A stretch of DNA of 46,628 nucleotides from Candidatus Heimdallarchaeota archaeon (lineage in GTDB: Archaea > Asgardarchaeota > Heimdallarchaeia > JABLTI01): NCBI GenBank assembly GCA_019058275.1, contig JAHLVW010000019.1:1-46628 (forward strand). Direction: 5' to 3'. Positions 1 through 9,537 of the stretch are shown here, piece by piece; within the stretch, counting starts at the first letter, position 1, and each line of letters opens with the position of its first letter. The notes below the pieces were generated by a model. That model did not search any database, was not told the DNA's origin, and saw only the letters and a list, made by a program, of their open reading frames with translations. Both the position numbers and the translations under genes were made by a program.

Positions 1-2
1 AA

Positions 3-662
3 GAGGAAGTTTTCCCTGGTAAGGAATACAAACGCATTGCTTTGTTTGCTAATACTTTTCGTGTTGATAAAGGCAAAGTCATTACACCTCTTCCTCAAAA
101 TCATCTTGAGATCTTAAAGAAAGAAATTGCTTACCATAGGACCTTACAGCTGTCAACATTTATGCTTCTTAATTTTGGTTTACGTCTTAGTGAACTGATT
201 AAATTGAATGTCTCTGATATCAATTTCAATGAAAAAGAAGTATTAGTCAGAAGAAGCAAATACAAACGCTCTCGAGTGATCCCTTTCAATCGCAAGATTC
301 AGCAAGTCATCTTACAATGGCTTGATACTCGAGATAACTACCTTCCTACTGGTTCTTCAGATGATGCTTTTCTGGTCCTAAAATACAGCAGTGCTCGACC
401 TAGTAATCAATGGCTTCAACAAGAATACTGGAAGATCAATCAAAAACACAAAGCAACTAATCTTCATGTTACTGCTCAACGTCTTCGACATCACTTTGCT
501 TGCAGACTCTTCTATGAATTAGGATTTGAAATCTACGATGTTTCCTGGGCTCTTGGCCATGAATCGATTAAAACCACTATGCACTATCTTGGCATTGATG
601 AGCAGATGCGAAAAGAAAGCTACCAACAAAAGCTACCTGCAGATGTCATTATTAAGATCTAA
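3..662 (+). CDS. Tyrosine recombinase/integrase (XerC/D-like catalytic domain), 5'-truncated by the window edge
   Basis: Frame is open from base 3 (EEVFPGKEYKRIAL...). Motifs: GLRLSEL (Arg I), RSKYKRSR (Lys), AQRLRHHFA (HxxR box with Q in place of H) and LGHESIKTTMHY (His plus catalytic Tyr). Confidence 0.9.
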   Translation, partial: EEVFPGKEYKRIALFANTFRVDKGKVITPLPQNHLEILKKEIAYHRTLQLSTFMLLNFGLRLSELIKLNVSDINFNEKEVLVRRSKYKRSRVIPFNRKIQQVILQWLDTRDNYLPTGSSDDAFLVLKYSSARPSNQWLQQEYWKINQKHKATNLHVTAQRLRHHFACRLFYELGFEIYDVSWALGHESIKTTMHYLGIDEQMRKESYQQKLPADVIIKI

Positions 663-1192
663 TACCAGGTAATAATTCCTTTATTTCCTATCTTTATTTT
701 TCCTTTTCCTTCCAACCGGTCCAGAGCAATATCTAATGCTGAGAAGGCTCTTTGTCCAGATCTATCCAGAAATTCATCTAGTGCTGGATCTTTCTTCTTT
801 AATGCTGCAGCAATTGCATTTGATTCCTTCAACTGAAATTCTGGTTCCTGCAGTAATCGCAATATTTTCTCTATAGACCATTCTACTTTGTAGTAATCAT
901 CTTCTTCCGGAATCAAGTCTTGCTTTACTTTCATTGTTGATCTATTCTCTAGGATTAGCTTCTCGATTTTGTTTAGACTCAACAAAAGATCTTCTGATAC
1001 ACCTGGAACATCTCTTTTTCTTGGTTTCCTCAATTCGCTAAACCTTGCATAGGCCCTTGCAGCAAACAAAAAATAGTTTGAAATATTGATTCCTTCTTCT
1101 TTAGCCTTCGTTTCGAAGAACTCTTTTTCTTTTCCTGAGATTCTAATATGCACGAAGGAATCTTTAATAGTCTCTTTCTTCTTGTTATTCAT
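659..1192 (-). CDS. Ribbon-helix-helix (MobC/antitoxin-like) DNA-binding protein with a probable C-terminal winged helix
   Basis: N-terminal KDSFVHIRISGKEKEFFETKAKEEGINISNYF fits the RHH pattern. C-terminal ALDRLEGKGKIKIG is wHTH-like. ATG at 1192 is preceded by GAGGAGG. Its stop overlaps the integrase stop (CTAA, 659-662). Confidence 0.6.
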   Translation of the reverse strand: MNNKKKETIKDSFVHIRISGKEKEFFETKAKEEGINISNYFLFAARAYARFSELRKPRKRDVPGVSEDLLLSLNKIEKLILENRSTMKVKQDLIPEEDDYYKVEWSIEKILRLLQEPEFQLKESNAIAAALKKKDPALDEFLDRSGQRAFSALDIALDRLEGKGKIKIGNKGIITWY

Positions 1193-1263
1193 GGAGTGAT
1201 CCTCCTCTTGTGATTCTTCCCGGAATCCAGAGGAAAACATTCCTTTTTTTCATTGAAAAGGGT

Positions 1264-1288
1264 TATGTATTACATTTGTACATACATA
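1264..1288. promoter_or_regulatory. Candidate RHH operator in the divergent promoter region
   Basis: TATGTATTACATTTGTACATACATA contains two TGTA-n-TACA boxes (1266-1274 and 1277-1286) inside a 7-bp outer inverted repeat (TATGTAT/ATACATA). Confidence 0.4.
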
Positions 1289-1358
1289 CGCTCATATTAT
1301 GTTGATAATATTTACTCTTTTATTGAAATTCAGAGGAACTATACTTGGTGCTTAAGTT

Positions 1359-1862
1359 ATGGAACCACACAGCCCAAATCAGGATGTTAAAATTGTAGTG
1401 ACTGGACCTTATAATGCAGGTAAATCAGAATTTGTTCAAAGATTTGGTACAAAGCCAATAAATGTAGCAGTTAATGGAACAACAGTTGGATTAGATTTCA
1501 CACATGAAATAATTGAAGATTATCATGTCCATATTTTTGGAACACCAGGACAAGATCATTTTAAGGATGTGCAACAATGTGTTGCTAGAGGTGCTTCGGG
1601 AATTATAATGGTTATTGATAGTACTGATCCATCTACATTTATCCAAGTTGAAGCATTAACGAAAAGAATCAAGGCTGTTTGTGGTCGCGTCCCTCTTGTC
1701 GTTTGTGCTAATAAACAAGATAAGGATGGAGCAATCTCTCCTGATAGAATTAAACAAATGATTGGTTTTAAAGGAAAGGTTATTGGTACTTCAGCCTTAC
1801 GTGGTGAGGGGACAAAGACTACTATTACAGAAGTTTTGAAACAAATTCGTAAAGGCCAATAA
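1359..1862 (+). CDS. Small Ras-superfamily GTPase, MglA/CvnD/Arf-like
   Basis: G1 GPYNAGKS, G2 TTVGLDF, G3 FGTPGQDHF, G4 NKQD, G5 SAL. Confidence 0.9.
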   Translation: MEPHSPNQDVKIVVTGPYNAGKSEFVQRFGTKPINVAVNGTTVGLDFTHEIIEDYHVHIFGTPGQDHFKDVQQCVARGASGIIMVIDSTDPSTFIQVEALTKRIKAVCGRVPLVVCANKQDKDGAISPDRIKQMIGFKGKVIGTSALRGEGTKTTITEVLKQIRKGQ

Positions 1863-1871
1863 AATCCTTTT

Positions 1872-1897
1872 AGGTAGTATTATTCCTACCTTTTTTT
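1872..1897 (+). terminator. Hairpin plus T-tract downstream of the GTPase
   Basis: AGGTAG-8nt-CTACCT followed by a T run. A second inverted repeat, GGGGA-TAA-TCCCC, lies at 1940-1952. Confidence 0.45.
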
Positions 1898-1982
1898 CTT
1901 TAATTTCTCAGCAACATTACATTGAAAATAAGAGAATTAGGGGATAATCCCCATTTGCTATCAAATAACTTTTCATTTTTGT

Positions 1983-2975
1983 TTAGTAGTAAAGAGTTTT
2001 CATAGGATCAATTTTGTGATCGTCATGTATTTCCCAAAGAGTCTCTTTCTGTTTTTTCTTTGAAGATTGAAAGATTTTATCATCCTCTTCTAATTGCCTC
2101 ATATGAGCTTTAAGCGTTAAATCATTCGCTAGATCTTTCCATGGTTTGTACCACTCAATTCCTAAGCTCAAGTAAACCTCATCTTTTATTTCATCAAAGG
2201 TACATGCACCTTTTGTTGTTAGAGTAATTAAAATCGTTTCTTCAAAAGTTTGATGAGCATGTAAAGCTTGTTTGATAAGTTCCTTTGCTTGATTTCCAAT
2301 GTATGCACCATCATAAGATGGGCAAATCATGTCTATCTCAGCTCGTGAAATAAATTTCAATGCTTTTTCTCTAGCAGTAGCACTTCCTGTTTTGTCAATC
2401 AAATAATTACTAAAACGCATTGGATAGATGTATAATTCAGCACCAGTAAAGATAGCTTTTTGCTTGGAGCTGAAAAACATAGCATGACCTTGACTAAAAC
2501 CGGGATAAGCAATAACGTAGATGGTTGATTTTCCAAGTTTTATTTTATCCCCATCTTCAAAGACTGCATGTGTTTTTACACCTCTTAATCGTTCCCAAGG
2601 TTGCCAAGAAAATCTTCCGCCTTTTTTATCTGGTTCAAAATGCTTCTCTGGTAAGTACAAATATGGTTTTCTTATGGTGTCTTCTGCATCCTTATGACAA
2701 ACTAATTGTGCCTTAGGAAACAAATCCATAAGTTTCTCAGCACCACCAATTGAATCATGATGTTCTCGGGTAAGTAGAATGTGCTTGACATCTTTCGCTT
2801 TTCGTCCAGCATAATCTATGCAATCATAAATTTCATGTTGGATAGTATTTTGAATACCAGAGTCAATAATTGCAATATCATCATCCATTATAATATAAAC
2901 GGAATTTCTTTCTCCCCCTAAACCATGTTCACCATAAACATTCCAAATTCCATCATTTATTTCATTATAAGTCAT
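1983..2975 (-). CDS. Metallo-beta-lactamase-fold protein with C-terminal winged helix; metal ligands degenerate
   Basis: IIDSG; ILLTREHHDSIGG (normally THxHxDHxGG); PGFSQGH; FTGAEL; CPSYDG; C-terminal LKAHMRQLEEDDKI is wHTH-like. Confidence 0.85.
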   Translation of the reverse strand: MTYNEINDGIWNVYGEHGLGGERNSVYIIMDDDIAIIDSGIQNTIQHEIYDCIDYAGRKAKDVKHILLTREHHDSIGGAEKLMDLFPKAQLVCHKDAEDTIRKPYLYLPEKHFEPDKKGGRFSWQPWERLRGVKTHAVFEDGDKIKLGKSTIYVIAYPGFSQGHAMFFSSKQKAIFTGAELYIYPMRFSNYLIDKTGSATAREKALKFISRAEIDMICPSYDGAYIGNQAKELIKQALHAHQTFEETILITLTTKGACTFDEIKDEVYLSLGIEWYKPWKDLANDLTLKAHMRQLEEDDKIFQSSKKKQKETLWEIHDDHKIDPMKTLYY

Positions 2976-3163
2976 TAATACTTACAACACCTGTGAATTT
3001 TTTTCAAATTAATTTCAGTTTTCTAGGAATAATTTGAAACTTCTCTAATAAGAACGTTTAGTTATTCAAAGTAATTATCTCAAATATTATTTATCAAAAA
3101 AACTTAAAACTTCTAGATTGATATCAAATATTTACATTTGAGAATTTTACTATTTACTGGTGT

Positions 3164-4738
3164 ATGACATTGTCAAAAAGATCTTCTAGAGACATCAAAA
3201 AAAGGCTTTATGATTTTGCTAGAAAAGAATACGAAACTAAATCCCCTGAATATGTTGAAGTTAGAAAAGCTAAAGGAACAAAAACATTCTATCGTGGACC
3301 TGTCCCCCAATTAATATTAACTAAATACAAAGCAATTGCATACACTGTTTTTGCTGATTATGGAACATTGTGTAGATTATACTATTTTAACAGAGATGGT
3401 TTTTGTATAAGGGATACAAGTTATTCGGAAAGGGATTTAATAAAGATTAAAAATCATTTGAGCAAGACATCTACTAAAGTTCTTAGGTATCCAAAAGTTG
3501 AACCAAAACCAACTATAAGCAATCTCTCAGTTAAACTAGACAATAAATATGCTAAGATGCTTGCAGATATAGAAAAGATAACTAAAGTAAAAATCACTAG
3601 TCGACCAATTATAACACTTGGTTCTGAAACTGAAATTAGTCCTAATTTTACAAATATCTTCAGTAGAAAAGGAAAATTCCTGGAAGCACCAGTAAATGCT
3701 GAAAATCATTCACAAATAAATTCAATTCTTGCTTATGAAGCATTTCAATATGTATTCCATGAAATGCTAAATAATGAAAAATTATCACAAACTCTAGCAC
3801 CATTAGGGGTTTTGCTTTATCTATCTGATATTGAATCAGTTGAATTTATAACTTCAACTATAAATTCAATTGATTGGAATAAGGAGCATTTCTACAAAGA
3901 TTCTCGAGATAAAAGGAGAGAGATGATCTCTTTATTTGAATATGTCAAAAGTATTAAGGAATTCATAATTCAACTTGAATTAATTACAAACCCAGTTGCA
4001 TTTTTGGAGCTGAAAGCAGATAATTTGTTAAAAGGTTTTCTTGCTTATCTATTTTCGAAAATTGAATCTAAGCATCGTTTAGTAATCTTTTTGCAAAATG
4101 AAGCTGTAATTGCTTCTGATAATAATGAATTAGAAGAAGCTGCTAATTATCTACTTCTATCAAGTTTTCTTGAAATAAAATCAAAGGAAATTGGTAAGAT
4201 TACTCCAAAAACCTTAGAATTATCTAAACATGTTTCAACAAGTGAACCAAGGGGAATAATTGTATATAATCTAATTATAGCTATGAATACTTTACATCTG
4301 TCGCTTTTAATCAAGAATTGGCGATCAAATCATAACTTGTTTCCTAGCAAACTTGAATTAAGGTTTGATGAAATTGTTGATCTTTTATTCGAAAAAGCAA
4401 TCAGAATTAATGTTGAGTTTTCCACGAGAATATTTGATAAACCAGGTGATATAATAATCAAAATCAAAAATATCTCAGATTCAATATTTGGCACTTTTGT
4501 AACAGAAGATTTACATTGGACACCAAGAAATTCACTAGAATTAATTGGTGATAAACGAAAAATTCGAGTTAAATCATTAGCACCTGATATGGAAGCTACT
4601 TTAATACAACCAATTATACCAAAGAAGGAGGGAACCATCAATTTTAGTAATTTAGGTCTACGATTTAATGATCCCTTTGGTATTAAGCATTATATTAAAT
4701 TAACAATCCCTTCCTTAAGAATTGGAAGAGATTTATAA
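3164..4738 (+). CDS. Hypothetical 524-aa protein: helical middle region and C-terminal Ig-like beta sandwich
   Basis: Long ORF. C-terminal IIIKIKN...KSLAP...PIIPKKEGTINFSNLGLRFNDPFG pattern resembles CARDB/DUF11/TRAP-beta-type Ig folds. No signal peptide. Confidence 0.6.
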   Translation: MTLSKRSSRDIKKRLYDFARKEYETKSPEYVEVRKAKGTKTFYRGPVPQLILTKYKAIAYTVFADYGTLCRLYYFNRDGFCIRDTSYSERDLIKIKNHLSKTSTKVLRYPKVEPKPTISNLSVKLDNKYAKMLADIEKITKVKITSRPIITLGSETEISPNFTNIFSRKGKFLEAPVNAENHSQINSILAYEAFQYVFHEMLNNEKLSQTLAPLGVLLYLSDIESVEFITSTINSIDWNKEHFYKDSRDKRREMISLFEYVKSIKEFIIQLELITNPVAFLELKADNLLKGFLAYLFSKIESKHRLVIFLQNEAVIASDNNELEEAANYLLLSSFLEIKSKEIGKITPKTLELSKHVSTSEPRGIIVYNLIIAMNTLHLSLLIKNWRSNHNLFPSKLELRFDEIVDLLFEKAIRINVEFSTRIFDKPGDIIIKIKNISDSIFGTFVTEDLHWTPRNSLELIGDKRKIRVKSLAPDMEATLIQPIIPKKEGTINFSNLGLRFNDPFGIKHYIKLTIPSLRIGRDL

Positions 4739-4739
4739 T

Positions 4740-5963
4740 CTAATAGAGTTCATAAGATCTGTTCATAAAACCTCGCCAGATTTCAGGCATTTTGCTTAGT
4801 TGTTCTTGAACAATTTCCTCAATTCTTCTCTTTGTTTTGCTTTCTTTCTTACCCCCAATAATAGCAACTTCAATTATTTGTGGTTCTGTTATTTTCTTAC
4901 CAATTTTACTCACTACATAACAATCAACATTGTCTACACTAAGATCATTGACAACTTCTTCACAAATTTTTCTGGCTGCGATGTTATAGGTTTTACCTAC
5001 ATGACTAACAGGATTCTTACCAGCTGCTGCTTCTAAGCTCATTGGACGATAAGGTGTGATTAATCCATTAACTCGATTTCCTCTACCAACTTGACCATCA
5101 TCTCCTTGTTCTGCAGACGTACCTGTCACAGTTAGATAAAGGCAATCAGCATTATCTGGAACATCTGCAACATTAACATCAACATGAATATCACCATCCC
5201 AAATTTTGGAAGCTAGATCTCGGGTAAGATTTTCTACCTCATCCTTTGTGCTAAAGTAATGATCTATATCAACTAATTCTGTACAAATCATTGCACATGC
5301 AATAGTTAAATCAATCTTATCTTTCTTTCTAACACCCATTACTTTGATATCTTCACCAATGGCTGGATGTTTCTTCTTCGTTTCTGGGTCATTAAGTATC
5401 CTTTCAGTTTTATAAGTGAGTTCTTCAATTTTCGTGAATGGTGCGAATCCTATGCCAATGGAAGTATCATTTGCTCGAGGGATTTCAGTGTCTTCTTCAA
5501 AGTTCCCTACTAAATCAGTACTTCCAGATCTTACCTTGTAATCAATAATTATATCATGCTGAATGTCAAGATGAGGCAAATCTTTTTGCAACCAATTCTT
5601 AGTTGTTTGAATAACTAGTTTACCAACAGGAAGGAATTTTCCATTAATTCTTGTATTCACACCAACTGCTCGACCAACCAACAATAAATAGAGGGGTTCT
5701 AAAACCTCACCAGATCCAATTCTAGTATCAGATTGTCCACCTGCAAGAATAGCTTTATCCAAATTGTGATGAAGAATACGACCATGATTCTCGATATACC
5801 ATTTGCTGATAGCAATACTGAGCTCTTCTGCAGCTTTATCACATAAATAATCAGGATGACCTTGCCCTTTTCTTTCTACAATCTCTACGGGAAGCTTGGA
5901 AGGTACGACATCTCTATCATAACTTACTACTAGATTTTCCACTTTTATTACAACCTTTGACAA
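4740..5963 (-). CDS. mat: Archaeal-type S-adenosylmethionine synthetase
   Basis: EIVERKGQGHPD, HHNLDK, ANDTS, GEDIKVMG, GDDGQVGRGNRVNGLITP, AAGKNPVSHVGK. Confidence 0.96.
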   Translation of the reverse strand: MSKVVIKVENLVVSYDRDVVPSKLPVEIVERKGQGHPDYLCDKAAEELSIAISKWYIENHGRILHHNLDKAILAGGQSDTRIGSGEVLEPLYLLLVGRAVGVNTRINGKFLPVGKLVIQTTKNWLQKDLPHLDIQHDIIIDYKVRSGSTDLVGNFEEDTEIPRANDTSIGIGFAPFTKIEELTYKTERILNDPETKKKHPAIGEDIKVMGVRKKDKIDLTIACAMICTELVDIDHYFSTKDEVENLTRDLASKIWDGDIHVDVNVADVPDNADCLYLTVTGTSAEQGDDGQVGRGNRVNGLITPYRPMSLEAAAGKNPVSHVGKTYNIAARKICEEVVNDLSVDNVDCYVVSKIGKKITEPQIIEVAIIGGKKESKTKRRIEEIVQEQLSKMPEIWRGFMNRSYELY

Positions 5964-6094
5964 TAATACAATTGATTTTTTTCTTTATTAATATATAATT
6001 ACAATGATGCTTTCTGTTTTTTGTATGCCTCCTTTCTTAAAAATCTTTTTTAATACAAATAGCTAATAAATGTTAGAAATTGGCGGAGTAAATT

Positions 6095-6874
6095 TTGAAA
6101 AGTGAAACTATCTATTGTAATTGTCCAGAATGTAATGCAAACTTGGTTATAATGGATAATATCTTAACAATTACTTGTAATGATTGTGGTATTAAATTGG
6201 CATATGATCCAAAATCCTCTTCATTACAAGTTCTAGGTGATAAAGTAGATATTTTTGATGGTGAAGTGAAAACTACTACTGTAAAAAGAAAACAAGTATA
6301 TGGTAAAAAAAGAATCTATTTCATTTACTTTCTCTTTGGGTTAGTAACACTTGGAATTGGTTTAATAGTCTATATGCTTAGAAACTTAAAAGATCTTGAA
6401 ACTCATCATTCGAATTATGATTTAGAAAAAGGAGCAGAACCAATACTAACTCATGGTGAATTCTTTCCAAGTTTTAACTCTATGTTCCGAGATAGATTGT
6501 ATATGAGTCCTTGGTACGCAGGTCTCTATGTTATTTTTACCATTGCATATGATTTGCTAACTGCTCCAATTGAAAAATATTCAAGTCTTCATTATCACTT
6601 AAAAGACCAAGGAAAAGAAACTGCACCTACAAAATCTCCACACTCAGCATGGTATGTGACAGGTCTTGTATCTTATTTAGTATCTATGCCTGTAGTAATT
6701 TCAACTTTGATCTTAAATTTGCTTCAGAATTTCTCAGTTTTTCCACAAAATATTATTTTTTATGTTTCATGTGGTTTAGCTGCTTTTGGTTTTCTCATGA
6801 TAACCATATGTGGAGCTATCTGGCAGAAAGCTTTTAATGATCACATAAAAGTGATGGATAAGATAACGAATTGA
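6095..6874 (+). CDS. Zn-ribbon plus membrane protein (DUF4234-like)
   Basis: N-terminal CPEC...CNDC. Several TM segments with the LVTLGIG...H and WQKAFNDH pattern. Confidence 0.55.
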   Translation: MKSETIYCNCPECNANLVIMDNILTITCNDCGIKLAYDPKSSSLQVLGDKVDIFDGEVKTTTVKRKQVYGKKRIYFIYFLFGLVTLGIGLIVYMLRNLKDLETHHSNYDLEKGAEPILTHGEFFPSFNSMFRDRLYMSPWYAGLYVIFTIAYDLLTAPIEKYSSLHYHLKDQGKETAPTKSPHSAWYVTGLVSYLVSMPVVISTLILNLLQNFSVFPQNIIFYVSCGLAAFGFLMITICGAIWQKAFNDHIKVMDKITN

Positions 6875-6881
6875 AGAAACA

Positions 6882-8000
6882 TTATTTCTTCTTCTTTTCT
6901 TTGTCACTTGGAGGATTCCACAAATTTTTAAGCTCTGTGAAAATTTCTTTTTCTTGTGAAGTGAGTTTTTTAGGAGTCTGTATACGAACAATAATATGCA
7001 TATCGCCTTTACCAAAACCGGAGAGATTTGGAAATCCTTTCCCTTTTAGTCTAAAAATAGTATCGTTTTGGGTACCAGCAGGGATTTTTAGTTTAGCCTT
7101 CTCACCTTTAACTAGAGTTGGAACATAAACAGTATCACCTAAAGCTGCTTGAGCAAAATTGATTTTTAGATTGTAAATTAACTCATTTCTTTCTCTTTGG
7201 AAATATTGGTGTTCTTTGAGTTGAATATCTACATATAAATCGCCTGGAGGATAACCTCTTGGTCCGGGTTCTCCTTCACCAGGAACTCTTAAACGCTGAC
7301 CATCATTTATACCAGCAGGAACTTTTACAGTTATTTTCTTACTTTTCTGTTCCATTCCAGAACCTCTACATTGTGGGCATGGATTATCAATAATTTCTCC
7401 TAATCCCCTACAATTCCTGCAAGTTGTTTCATTAATCATTATACCAAAAGGAGTTCTTTGTTGTATTCGTTCTGTACCAGATCCATTACATATTGGACAT
7501 CTTTTTGGACTTGTTCCTTGTGCTGCACGAGAACCATTACAAACACTGCAAGTAACATTCTTTTTAACATCGATTTTTTTCTCTATTCCTGCAGCTGCTT
7601 CCTCAAAAGTTATTGGTAGAATTATCCTGATACTTCTTCCTGAAGTGGATCGTCTTGATGAAGTTCTTCCTCCACCAAAGAAATCACTAAATATACTGCT
7701 AAAAATATCACCAAAACCAAATCCTGCAAATGGATCTCCTCCTGTTCCACCAGCGGTAGCTCCCAAACCTCCCCATCCATATCGATCGTAAGAAGCGCGC
7801 TGATCTGGATCGCTTAAAATAGAATATGCTTCAGCAATTTCCTTAAATTTGGCTTCAGCTGTATCATTTCCAGGGTTGATGTCAGGATGATTTTTACGAG
7901 CTAATTTTCTGTAAGCTTTTTTAATATCAGTTTCAGTGGCATTTCTTGGAACTCCTAAAACTTTATATGGATCTTTTTTTGAACTGCTCACTGTTTCCAC
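6882..8000 (-). CDS. dnaJ: Type I DnaJ chaperone
   Basis: J domain with HPD, G/F-rich linker, four CxxCxGxG-type repeats, C-terminal domain. Confidence 0.97.
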   Translation of the reverse strand: METVSSSKKDPYKVLGVPRNATETDIKKAYRKLARKNHPDINPGNDTAEAKFKEIAEAYSILSDPDQRASYDRYGWGGLGATAGGTGGDPFAGFGFGDIFSSIFSDFFGGGRTSSRRSTSGRSIRIILPITFEEAAAGIEKKIDVKKNVTCSVCNGSRAAQGTSPKRCPICNGSGTERIQQRTPFGIMINETTCRNCRGLGEIIDNPCPQCRGSGMEQKSKKITVKVPAGINDGQRLRVPGEGEPGPRGYPPGDLYVDIQLKEHQYFQRERNELIYNLKINFAQAALGDTVYVPTLVKGEKAKLKIPAGTQNDTIFRLKGKGFPNLSGFGKGDMHIIVRIQTPKKLTSQEKEIFTELKNLWNPPSDKEKKKK

Positions 8001-8265
8001 CTTTTTACAAAATCTTACAGATTAGTAGTTTTTTAACGATGCTTACCTTCTTTTTAAACTAGCGGTTTTTCTGATAAACACTATTATTAATTTTGTTTTA
8101 ATATAATTAAATGACTAGGTTCTATTTTTATTTGTTACTGAATTAAGAGAATACAAAGGGTGTTTTCCTAACCATTGAAAGGATTATGGAAATCTTAAAA
8201 TAATTAACATTATATGAAAGTTTGAACAAGAACTTAACAATTGTAAATTGGAGAATGATTCAACA

Positions 8266-9522
8266 ATGGGAAAGACAGTTATTGAGAAAATCTTTTCTAC
8301 TCATTCAAAGGATGAAGTCAAACCAGGAAATATTATCTGGTTAGATTTGGATGTTAGAAGTGCTCGTGATTTTGCTGGAGCAAATGTTGTTATGAATTTA
8401 GAGAAATACTATCAAGATGAAGAAAAATTTGAAGATAAAGAGAAAACCGTCTTCACTTTTGATTGTGTTGTTCCAGCAAACAATTTAGGTTATGCTGAAA
8501 ACCAACAAACAATAAGGGTTTTTGCTCGTAAGGAAGGAATAAGATTGTTTGATTCTGAATGGGGTATTGGCTCTCACATTCTAATAGAAGAAGGATATAG
8601 CGTTCCTGGCTCAACAGTTGTTGGAACTGATAGTCATTTGAACATTATGGGTTGTATCGGTGCTTTTGGTCAGGGAATGGGAGATCAAGACATTGCATTC
8701 GGAATGAAAGCTGGTAAAACTTGGTTTGAAGTTCCACCTACTATGAAAGTGACTATTAAAGGTGACCTAAAAGCGCCTTGTTCTGCAAAAGATTTGACCT
8801 TGGCTGTCATTAGAAAGCTTACATCAAAAGGTGCTTTAGGTAAAGCGATTGAATTTAAGGGAAAAGCTATTGATAATTTGTCATTAGCTGGTAGAATCAC
8901 CCTGTCTTCTATGGTAACAGAAATGGGTGGTATTGTTGGATTTGTTCCTCCAAATGATGAAATTATTTCATATTGTAAAAAACATGCCTGTAGTAATTTC
9001 ACTCCTTATTATGCTGATGAGGATGCTAAATACATTGAAGAGGTAATTGTTGATATTAGTGATTTAAAACCATTAATCGCTAAACCCTTTAAGCCTGATA
9101 ATGTTGTAGAAGTCGAATCTCTTGAAAAAGATAACATTCATGTAGATTCAGCATTCATCGGAAGCTGCACAAATGGTCGTTATGAGGATATGAAAATTGC
9201 AGTTGACATGCTGAAGGGTAAACAAGTTGCAGAAAACACAGTTATGAAGATTGTTCCTGCAACAAGGACAGTTCTCGGTGATATGATTAAGAATGGTGAT
9301 GTTCAAGTTTTATTCAACGCCCGAACTGTTGTTAGTAATCCTGGATGTGCTGGATGTGCTTCAGGTCAAATAGGTATAACAGGTAAAGGTGAAGTGCAAG
9401 TATCAACTGGTAATCGTAATTTCAAAGGAAAGCAAGGATCTGGCTTAACTTATCTCTGTAGCCCTGAGACAGTTACTGCTTCAGCTATTGCTGGGAAAAT
9501 AATTAGTCCTGAAAATCTTTAA
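8266..9522 (+). CDS. Aconitase-family hydratase large subunit (LeuC/HacA-like, divergent)
   Basis: [4Fe-4S] ligands GSCTNGR and PGCAGC; GTDSH; STGNRNFKG; TYLCSP. Confidence 0.88.
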   Translation: MGKTVIEKIFSTHSKDEVKPGNIIWLDLDVRSARDFAGANVVMNLEKYYQDEEKFEDKEKTVFTFDCVVPANNLGYAENQQTIRVFARKEGIRLFDSEWGIGSHILIEEGYSVPGSTVVGTDSHLNIMGCIGAFGQGMGDQDIAFGMKAGKTWFEVPPTMKVTIKGDLKAPCSAKDLTLAVIRKLTSKGALGKAIEFKGKAIDNLSLAGRITLSSMVTEMGGIVGFVPPNDEIISYCKKHACSNFTPYYADEDAKYIEEVIVDISDLKPLIAKPFKPDNVVEVESLEKDNIHVDSAFIGSCTNGRYEDMKIAVDMLKGKQVAENTVMKIVPATRTVLGDMIKNGDVQVLFNARTVVSNPGCAGCASGQIGITGKGEVQVSTGNRNFKGKQGSGLTYLCSPETVTASAIAGKIISPENL

Positions 9523-9537
9523 TCTGGAGGAAGAAAA

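Noticed and set aside
1279-1307. dif/att-like site (TTATGTTGATA resembles a XerD arm)
   Set aside because: The left arm matches poorly and needs a non-standard spacer. AT-rich chance similarity is likely, and there is no second copy to test against.
6882-8000. dnaJ separated from dnaK/grpE
   Set aside because: Dispersed dnaJ copies are common; nothing else here is unusual.
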